Assembly: GCA_963662715.1 (NCBI GenBank)
Contig: OY759724.1
Location: 660,001 to 692,000 of the forward strand
Reading direction: 5' to 3'
Source: Candidatus Omnitrophota bacterium
GTDB lineage: Bacteria; Omnitrophota; Gorgyraeia; Zapsychrales; JANLHA01
DNA length: 32,000 nucleotides
The translations under genes were made by a program, and so were the position numbers. The notes below the pieces were generated by a model. That model was not told where the DNA came from. It made no database searches and saw only the letters and a list, made by a program, of their open reading frames with translations. This document shows, in pieces, positions 1 through 6,322 of this stretch (its first letter is position 1; each line of letters opens with the position of its first letter).

Positions 1-1937
1 TTAATAAGCTGTTTAAGTTCTGTCTGCCGTTTCTGATACTCTTCAATACGTTTATTCAAAATTTCTTCTTCCTGCTTATAGAAGTCCAACAAACGTTTAC
101 CGAAATCTGCCTTCTCTTTTTCAAGCTGTTCCTGGAGCTTCCGGTTTTCTCTCTCTTGTTCGTTCGTCAATGATTCCAGGGTGGACTGCTCTTTTTGCAG
201 CGCAGAGAATTCTTCTTTAAGATTATTGCTCAACGCTTTCAATTCCGCCATCCGGTCCTCTCTCGCTTCTTTCTCTTGTTCTAAGTCATTCAATTCTTGC
301 GTAATACGCCTGTTTTCGGCCTGCTGATGTTTATACAACTCCTCCAAATCATCGTATTCCGCTTTGGCCTCATCAAATTCCTTGATCAATTTCTGCAGTT
401 TCTTATTTTCTTCCTCCTGGTCTTTGGCCAGGGTTTCCAGTTCGACCTTCTCTTTCTGCAAAGAGCCGTATTCCTCTTTCAACATCTTATTAAGGTCCTT
501 CAATTGATCTGTGCGGGACTGTTTTTCTTCTTTCTCCTTCTCCAACGACGCCAATTCCGTCCTGATACGTTTATTCTCCGCCTGCTGCTCAATAAACAAT
601 TTTTCCAGACCATCATATTCGGCTTTGGCCTGCTCAAACTCTTTTATGACCTTTTGCAGCTTTTTATTCTCTTCCTCCTGATCTTTCGCCATCGTTTCCA
701 GTTCGACCTTTTCTTTCTTCAAGGAAACATACTCCTCTTTCATCATCTTATTCAAATCCTTAAGTTCATCCATACGCTGCTGTTTTTCGCTCTTCTCTTC
801 CTCCAGCCCCGCCAGCTGATCCTTGATACGCTTGTTATCCTGTTGCTGTTGCTCAAACAACACTTCCAGTTCCTCGTACTTCACCTGGGCCTTTTCAAAT
901 TCTTTTATCAACTTTTTAAGTTTCTTGCTTTCCTCTTCCTGAGCCTTGGTCAAAGACTCCAGCTCGACATTCTCCTTTTGCAAAGATGAATATTCCTCTT
1001 TTAAGGCCTTATTAACTTCCGTGATCTCATCCATCCGCGACTGCTTTTCTTTCTTTTCGGTCTCCATCTTGTTCAGCTTTTCCGACAACTTATCATTATC
1101 TTTCTGCTGTTCCTGAAACAGGGCTTCCATTTCATTATAATCCGCCTGCACCTTTTCAAATTCAGCGATCAGCCTTTCATATTTCTCCTTTTCGCTTTCC
1201 TTCTTCTTGGCTAAAGCTTCAATCTCCATATTTTCACTCCGCAGGCCTTCATATTCTTCCTTCAACCGGGTATTAATCGTCGTTAATTCACTGACACGTT
1301 CCTGCTTTTTGCTTGTCTCCGACTCCAGATCTTCCATCTTCGTCTGCAAGGCTTCGTTCTCAGACTGCTGTTTCTCAAAGGACGACTCCAGGTCTTTATA
1401 ATCCTTTTCCGCCTGTTCATACTGCTTCACGAGTTCCAGGTTGGTCTCCTCCAGCTGAGTATTCTTCTCCTCCTGCAGCCGGATCTCCTCCTCCTGCTGG
1501 ACAATCCTGTCCCGCAAAAGATTATTCTCCTCCTGCTGCCGGACAAACATATCCTGGAGCTCATCATATTCATTTTGCCGTTTTTGAAAATCAGCCAGAA
1601 CCTGTTTATTCAGATGTTTCAACTCCAGAATTTTTTCCTTAAGATCATCGTTCAACTGCTCCTGGGACTTCATTTTATTTTTCAAGACTTTGTATTCTTC
1701 TTTCAAATACTGCTTGTTCTTTTTAAGTTTCATATTCTCTATGGCCTGCTTTTCATTTTCTTCAACACGCTTTTCATTATATTCTTTATGGACGTGGCTG
1801 TAGGGGCGCAACTGCCATTCATACAAATCCTTCTCTGCTGCCTGAACCGAAGGGCTGTACGCGCACCAAGTTATCAAGAATAAAAACACCCATGAGGCCA
1901 ATAACCTTCTTAATTGCCGTTCTGTTGCTTTAGTCAT
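1..1937 (-). CDS. Secreted coiled-coil tandem-repeat protein, 3' partial (C-terminus lies beyond the left edge)
   Basis: ATG at 1937..1935 with GAGGAG (1949..1944) 6 nt upstream. My translation of the minus strand starts MTKATERQLRRLLASWVFLFLITWCAYSPSVQA/AEKDLYEW, a signal peptide with an AxA-like cleavage site. It continues without a stop to base 1 as E/K/Q/L-rich coiled-coil sequence, 645 codons in total. It is absent from the ORF track because no stop lies in the window. The + strand ORFs here (297..989 and others) are L/F-rich antisense artefacts. Confidence 0.75.
   Translation of the reverse strand, partial: MTKATERQLRRLLASWVFLFLITWCAYSPSVQAAEKDLYEWQLRPYSHVHKEYNEKRVEENEKQAIENMKLKKNKQYLKEEYKVLKNKMKSQEQLNDDLKEKILELKHLNKQVLADFQKRQNEYDELQDMFVRQQEENNLLRDRIVQQEEEIRLQEEKNTQLEETNLELVKQYEQAEKDYKDLESSFEKQQSENEALQTKMEDLESETSKKQERVSELTTINTRLKEEYEGLRSENMEIEALAKKKESEKEKYERLIAEFEKVQADYNEMEALFQEQQKDNDKLSEKLNKMETEKKEKQSRMDEITEVNKALKEEYSSLQKENVELESLTKAQEEESKKLKKLIKEFEKAQVKYEELEVLFEQQQQDNKRIKDQLAGLEEEKSEKQQRMDELKDLNKMMKEEYVSLKKEKVELETMAKDQEEENKKLQKVIKEFEQAKAEYDGLEKLFIEQQAENKRIRTELASLEKEKEEKQSRTDQLKDLNKMLKEEYGSLQKEKVELETLAKDQEEENKKLQKLIKEFDEAKAEYDDLEELYKHQQAENRRITQELNDLEQEKEAREDRMAELKALSNNLKEEFSALQKEQSTLESLTNEQERENRKLQEQLEKEKADFGKRLLDFYKQEEEILNKRIEEYQKRQTELKQLI
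175..1479 (-). repeat. About five in-frame tandem copies of a 261-bp (87-aa) unit inside the coiled-coil gene
   Basis: The landmark tccag(t/c)tcgac recurs on the + strand at 436, 697 and 958. Degenerate copies sit at 175 (tccagggtggac) and 1219 (tcaatctccat), giving an exact 261-bp period. Unit consensus: EKxEKQxRMDELKDLNKMLKEEYxSLQKEKVELETLAKDQEEENKKLQKxIKEFExAKAEYDxLExLFxEQQAENKRIxxELxxL. The central units are the most similar and the flanking ones diverge. Confidence 0.7.
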
Positions 1938-1982
1938 ACGATTCTCCTCAATTAACGTTTTAGTTAGGAAAGACATATTAAT

Positions 1983-2012
1983 AGTATTCAATAAAACAAA
2001 ATAAAATGTCAA
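1983..2012 (-). promoter_or_regulatory. Candidate sigma70-type promoter of the coiled-coil gene
   Basis: Read on the minus strand: -35 TTGACA (2012..2007), 18-nt spacer, -10 AATACT (1988..1983). It lies about 45 nt upstream of ATG 1937 in an AT-rich 288-bp divergent intergenic region. Confidence 0.3.
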
Positions 2013-2013
2013 G

Positions 2014-2039
2014 AGGACAGACTAGGACTATATAGGACA
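2014..2039. promoter_or_regulatory. Three direct repeats AGGAC(A/T) at exact 10-bp spacing
   Basis: aggaca at 2014-2019, aggact at 2024-2029, aggaca at 2034-2039. They directly abut the candidate -35 at 2007-2012. Confidence 0.4.
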
Positions 2040-2158
2040 TTTAATATACTACTAATACTATTTTACAAAAAAAAGCTCTTCAAAAAACATAACATCAATA
2101 TCTACAGCATGTTACACATCTAAAAGGCCCTGTCCAGAGAAAAATTATTTCTCTTTAC

Positions 2159-2187
2159 TTGGAAACTTTTAATAATTATCATAATAA
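2159..2187 (+). promoter_or_regulatory. Candidate promoter of the 2226 ORF
   Basis: -35 TTGGAA (2159-2164), 17-nt spacer, -10 TAATAA (2182-2187), 38 nt before ATG 2226. AT-rich context, so weak support. Confidence 0.25.
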
Positions 2188-2225
2188 ATTAAGGATTCCG
2201 GCAATCTCCCGGGAAAAACAGGCAC

Positions 2226-2852
2226 ATGGACAAAATAAACACGCCCAAAGTATCGAGCTATCAAACAGTCATAAACTCCATCGAGGATGATTATGATACG
2301 TATCAATGGTTCGGCTATCTGCTGTGGCAAGAACAACCCAAAACTCTCCTCTGTGAGGCTGCCGGCATAGATCGCCTTTATTCAAACCTGGCCGACAAAG
2401 AAAGGAACGAACTTTTAGGAAGAACGGTCATCTTTATTTTAGTGTATGTTTTTATTCGAACCCAGATGGCATACATGGCCCTGCCCGTTTTACCGCTTTG
2501 CCTCGGTTTGTTCTTCTTAAAGAAGGGGAAAAAAGAAATCATTATAAAGCTTTCTTCGTTGTTCCTGCAACAGGAATTTTCCCAAGACATCTTTGGACAA
2601 AAAACCTTATACCAACTGGCGGAAATCATAAGCAAAAAATATCACACGACATCTTTAGTTGATGTCATTTTCTTTAATGAGAATTTCTTCAGATTATTCC
2701 TCATAGGCATTTTTCTCCTTTTTGTCTCTCCTTTTATCTTCGTCAACATTTTTGATAACCTGCTTGTCATCATTCTTTTTATGTTTTTCATCAAATCCAT
2801 CGTCACCAGCCGATGGACATATCGGCACCCCAAACTGATGCGGCTTATATGA
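2226..2852 (+). CDS. Hypothetical integral membrane protein, about 4 TM segments, no family recognised
   Basis: 208-aa ORF with an ATG start. Hydrophobic stretches include VIFILVYVFI, ALPVLPLCLGLFF, FFRLFLIGIFLLFVSPFIFV and LLVIILFMFFI. It is the longest ORF in the region and converges on the radical SAM gene. Confidence 0.5.
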   Translation: MDKINTPKVSSYQTVINSIEDDYDTYQWFGYLLWQEQPKTLLCEAAGIDRLYSNLADKERNELLGRTVIFILVYVFIRTQMAYMALPVLPLCLGLFFLKKGKKEIIIKLSSLFLQQEFSQDIFGQKTLYQLAEIISKKYHTTSLVDVIFFNENFFRLFLIGIFLLFVSPFIFVNIFDNLLVIILFMFFIKSIVTSRWTYRHPKLMRLI

Positions 2853-2886
2853 AGAACCCCCTGGATATAAGGGGACGGGTGGGGAA

Positions 2887-4809
2887 TCAGGCAAGTGTCA
2901 GGATGATCTTAATAAATAAAAAAATAGACAGAGTTAAAAGCCAGCCGTTTTGGGCTGTCGTGAGGAAGAAAAAGGTTTTTATAAGGGGGTACACGTGTTT
3001 TAAAAGCCGATATTTCATCCGCCTGGGTTGAAAAAGCAGTCGGAACGTCGTATACCATTTCCAATTCGCGTTTATAATGCGGTCCTCCTTAAGCATATCC
3101 GCAAAATGCTGGGTCCCCGGCATAGGCGTCAGAATACTAAGGATGGTCCAGGAAGGAAAAATCGACAGGCAAAACAACCAATTCGCTATTAAGTGGGCGT
3201 ATTTATCTGAGTCAAATCCGAAAATGTAATGCCCTTTAACATTGATCCCCGCCTTTTTAACGATTCGCGTATATTCCAAATATTTTTCAGCCATTCCCAG
3301 TTTACCGCCCTGATTTTTCTCAGGCGATGAATGCCTAATTTCATATCCCACTAAAATGCCGATACAGCCACTCTTTTTGGCCAAAGATAAAATCTCAGGA
3401 TTAGCGGCGATATCGATACTGCAATGTCCTGTCCAGACGATTTTTAAGGGGATCAGGGCCTCAAACAATTCCTTGACATAAGCCGGATTTGTATAAATAT
3501 TACTGTCAAGAAAATGAAAATACTTATATCGAGGACGAAGTCTTTGAACCAGCTCAATGACTTCCGATACGGGTTTTTGGTAGGTTCTCCCCTCATAGAT
3601 GTTGTAGACGGCACAAAAATAACAATGAAACTTACAGCCGCGGTTCGTTTCAAGGTAATCTTTGACTTCCGGCAGGGGCGCTTGCAACAAATACCGGTGG
3701 ACTTTCTGATATTGCTCTTCCGTGCCGACTCCATGGTAGATGGGCTTCAGACGGTCATTTTCATAATCATGGATAACCTCCCCCCACACGCCCTCAGCTT
3801 CCCCCAAAACAACACTGTCACAGAACTCCGAAGCCTCATGCGGCAGGCTGGCCACATGAGGCCCCCCCATCACAACCTTGGCTCCGTGGCGTTTATACTC
3901 TTTGGCAATCTTGTATGCTTCAAAACTGTTTGAAGTGTAGCATGTTATGGCCACAAGAACATCGGCTTTATAATATCTTCTGCGCCAGAAAACCCGGGAA
4001 AAGGTTCTCACTCGATATTCCGGAGGCGTCAAAGCCTTCAGCACGGTAAAAACCGGAGGATAAAATCGCAGGGCAAAGGAAGCCATGCTTTCAAAGAAAG
4101 ATCCACCGCCGAAAGGGTTGATCAGAATAAGTTCTTTGGAGGAATGATAGCGGCGCCCGACGGTGGGATATCCGCTCAGGATAAATTTTGTCGATAGGAC
4201 AAAAATCAGCAAAAGAACATATTGGGAAAGGAGAACCAGGACATCAGACAGAACATACGCCTTCATCCGGACAAAAGACTGACAAGACAAAATCCCGATA
4301 TAAATGACATATAAGACCACCGGGGGGACCGTCCGTTCAAGACAAAACCGCCCCGGCCGCCATTTCACGCGGGTATCTGCTTTATACTTTTTCCGGATCA
4401 TATACAAACTAAGCCAAACCAGCAGCAGCCCGTCAAGTCCTCCTCCGAGCAAGTTCAGGTTCCAGTCAGGATTTACGGCATAAAACAGAAATAACAGGAA
4501 AAATTTCCCGAAATGGATAAACAGGTAAAAGAGCAGAAAATCCCGGACATTCCGCCAGAAATCCTTGACCGAGACACAATACTTCTCCCCGGAGCACAAC
4601 TCTACCAGAGCGCCGTAAAGGCCGCTTCCCAGGACAAACTTCAACGCGTGCCCGGAGATGATAATGAGGAAGGCGTGAGTCTCGACCGCATGTTGGGGAA
4701 AATAAGAACCGCGGATATAGACCTCGGCAAAAAAAAGCAACATGACGGCGGAAATATAGGAATGAAGAATTGCGGAAGCCGACTGTAGTGACGAGAGGAA
4801 TTTTTTCAT
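2887..4809 (-). CDS. Polytopic membrane domain fused to a B12-binding domain and radical SAM core (class B radical SAM-like)
   Basis: 640 aa. Residues 1 to about 220 carry about 6 hydrophobic helices. A cobalamin-binding-type region follows (ELILINPFGG...VLVAITCYTSNSFEAYKIAKEYKRHGAKVVMGGPHVASLP). The CxxxCxxC cluster NRGCKFHCYFCAV is encoded at 3613-3636. The tail is hydrophobic (WLLTLSIFLFIKIILTLA). Confidence 0.85.
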   Translation of the reverse strand: MKKFLSSLQSASAILHSYISAVMLLFFAEVYIRGSYFPQHAVETHAFLIIISGHALKFVLGSGLYGALVELCSGEKYCVSVKDFWRNVRDFLLFYLFIHFGKFFLLFLFYAVNPDWNLNLLGGGLDGLLLVWLSLYMIRKKYKADTRVKWRPGRFCLERTVPPVVLYVIYIGILSCQSFVRMKAYVLSDVLVLLSQYVLLLIFVLSTKFILSGYPTVGRRYHSSKELILINPFGGGSFFESMASFALRFYPPVFTVLKALTPPEYRVRTFSRVFWRRRYYKADVLVAITCYTSNSFEAYKIAKEYKRHGAKVVMGGPHVASLPHEASEFCDSVVLGEAEGVWGEVIHDYENDRLKPIYHGVGTEEQYQKVHRYLLQAPLPEVKDYLETNRGCKFHCYFCAVYNIYEGRTYQKPVSEVIELVQRLRPRYKYFHFLDSNIYTNPAYVKELFEALIPLKIVWTGHCSIDIAANPEILSLAKKSGCIGILVGYEIRHSSPEKNQGGKLGMAEKYLEYTRIVKKAGINVKGHYIFGFDSDKYAHLIANWLFCLSIFPSWTILSILTPMPGTQHFADMLKEDRIINANWKWYTTFRLLFQPRRMKYRLLKHVYPLIKTFFFLTTAQNGWLLTLSIFLFIKIILTLA

Positions 4810-4820
4810 GCGAGGTCTCG

Positions 4821-4845
4821 GCAGACAGGACAGCGTCCTGTCTGC
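4821..4845 (-). other. Perfect 11-bp-stem, 3-nt-loop hairpin between the receiver gene and the radical SAM gene
   Basis: gcagacaggac-agc-gtcctgtctgc. It ends 11 nt before ATG 4809. No U-tract follows on either strand, and no Shine-Dalgarno lies between the hairpin and the ATG. Confidence 0.6.
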
Positions 4846-4890
4846 ATCAATCGTTTTGCATGAAGACAGGATAAAGAGGCTGCCCTTTTT

Positions 4891-5256
4891 TCAGTCTGTT
4901 AAATCTTTGATTTTGGCAATAAGATGTTCTTGATCGAAAGGCTTGGTTATATAGGCATCTGCTTTTACGGCCCGGCCGATATCTTTATCATAATCACGGT
5001 TTCTCGCGGTCAAAAGGATGACAGGAATCGAGTGATATTTTTCATCCGACTTTAACTGCGCACAAATACTGGCCCCCTGGATGTCGGGCAGCATCATATC
5101 CAAAATAATACAATGAGGCGGCTCCTGCCGGACCAAAGCTAAAGCGTCGGTGCCGTTATACGCACAGCTGATGTTATACCCGAGCCTTTTCAGCCGGGAA
5201 GAAATCAGGTCAACAATGTCCGGCTCATCGTCAACAATCAAAATTTTCTTGGTCAT
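4891..5256 (-). CDS. Stand-alone response regulator receiver (CheY-like) domain protein
   Basis: 121 aa. ILIVDDEPDI acidic pocket, phospho-acceptor context CIILDMMLPD, conserved LLTA and KADAYITKPF. No output domain. SD GGAGAAGG upstream of the ATG. Confidence 0.9.
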   Translation of the reverse strand: MTKKILIVDDEPDIVDLISSRLKRLGYNISCAYNGTDALALVRQEPPHCIILDMMLPDIQGASICAQLKSDEKYHSIPVILLTARNRDYDKDIGRAVKADAYITKPFDQEHLIAKIKDLTD

Positions 5257-5287
5257 CCTTCTCCTGCCCGGGTTGGCTTGTCATGGA

Positions 5288-6196
5288 TCATTTCACGAGA
5301 CCTTGCTGTTTTGTGAAATCGTATTCTATTTCCATCCGCCCCTCACCGGCATAAATCTGTCTTTTGTAAAGAGCGCCCTTGTCATAGAAATCAATCTGCC
5401 GCAATGACCCCCGCTTATAGTACTTACTTTGTCCATGAAGTCTGTTCTGATGATAACTCTCCTCGGCAATGATTTTTCCGTCAGGCTCATAATTCTTCTT
5501 GACCCCTTCCAGAAGGCCTCTCTCCAGATTATAGGACTGCTTCACTCTCCCGCTCTTATAAAATTCCTGAACATTCCCCGTCATTTTACCGTCAACCCAT
5601 GTCGCCACTTTGGCCACCTCACCCGTGGGATAATACTCGCGGAATATCCCGCTTTCTTTGCCTTGCTTATATTCCTGCTCCGAATACAAACTGCCGTCAC
5701 TGTTATAGGTCTTAAGGACCCCTTCCAGGTCTCCCCCTTTATAAGTCCCTTCCTCGATCAACTGTTCCTTCGGGTTATATTTCTTAAAAGTACCGTGAGG
5801 TAAACCGTCCTTATAAATGTATTCCTTGCTCAAAGTTCCCACTTCATAATATTCCTGGTTGAGCCCGTCAGGACGTCCGTTCAGATATTCTATCTTGCTC
5901 TTCAGCTTCCCGTTAGGATAATAACCGGTAACTAACCCGCTTAACCGGCCCTGCTCATACGTGCTGACCGATTTGACTTTCCCGCTTTCATAATAAGTCT
6001 TGGCTTTGCCGTGCAACTTTCCAAATTGTTTGATCCCCTTCTGTCTCAGCCGCCCGTCACGGTCATAGGATTTATAAACGCATTTCTCAACCGTTTTCTG
6101 TTTTTCCAAGGGGATGTCTTCACAGTCTCTTGCTCCGCAGGAAATAGACATAAAAGCGAAGATACTAAAAGAAAGGATTTTAAGGCTTCTTTTCAT
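5288..6196 (-). CDS. MORN-repeat-variant (YwqK-like) repeat protein, probable lipoprotein
   Basis: 302 aa. The signal peptide ends in a lipobox-like MSISC. It is followed by about 10 tandem G-x-x-x-x-Y/F-Y-x-x-G-x-L/V repeats (YYESGKVKS, YYPNGKLKS, YYPTGEVAK and others). SD AAGGAGAAG. Confidence 0.8.
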   Translation of the reverse strand: MKRSLKILSFSIFAFMSISCGARDCEDIPLEKQKTVEKCVYKSYDRDGRLRQKGIKQFGKLHGKAKTYYESGKVKSVSTYEQGRLSGLVTGYYPNGKLKSKIEYLNGRPDGLNQEYYEVGTLSKEYIYKDGLPHGTFKKYNPKEQLIEEGTYKGGDLEGVLKTYNSDGSLYSEQEYKQGKESGIFREYYPTGEVAKVATWVDGKMTGNVQEFYKSGRVKQSYNLERGLLEGVKKNYEPDGKIIAEESYHQNRLHGQSKYYKRGSLRQIDFYDKGALYKRQIYAGEGRMEIEYDFTKQQGLVK

Positions 6197-6238
6197 ATTA
6201 CGCTCTTCTCCTTAACCGAATTCATATATTATTATCTA

Positions 6239-6267
6239 TTATTATCACATCTCGTCTTAGGAAGCAA
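6239..6267 (-). promoter_or_regulatory. Candidate promoter of the MORN lipoprotein gene
   Basis: Minus strand: -35 TTGCTT (6267..6262), 17-nt spacer, -10 TAATAA (6244..6239). Confidence 0.35.
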
Positions 6268-6322
6268 AGATATTTCTCGGACTTCGAAACCCCGGCCGCC
6301 CATGCACTCAACGCAACAACTT

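Noticed and set aside
297-1883. Plus-strand ORFs 297..989, 1207..1401, 1313..1642 and 1575..1883, with L/F/Q- or P/A/S-rich translations
   Set aside because: They are antisense or shifted-frame readings of the repetitive coiled-coil gene on the minus strand. They have low-complexity composition, no RBS and no recognisable domains.
2853-2886. Possible bidirectional terminator between the convergent 2226 ORF and the radical SAM gene (cccct 2858-2862 with agggg 2870-2874)
   Set aside because: The stem is only 5 bp with a 7-nt loop and no flanking T/A tracts. That is too weak to call.
4810-4890. Cobalamin riboswitch upstream of the B12-radical SAM gene, or a preQ1 riboswitch upstream of queD (15633-15645)
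   Set aside because: The spacers (81 nt and 13 nt) are too short, and I saw no B12-box or preQ1 aptamer-like sequence.
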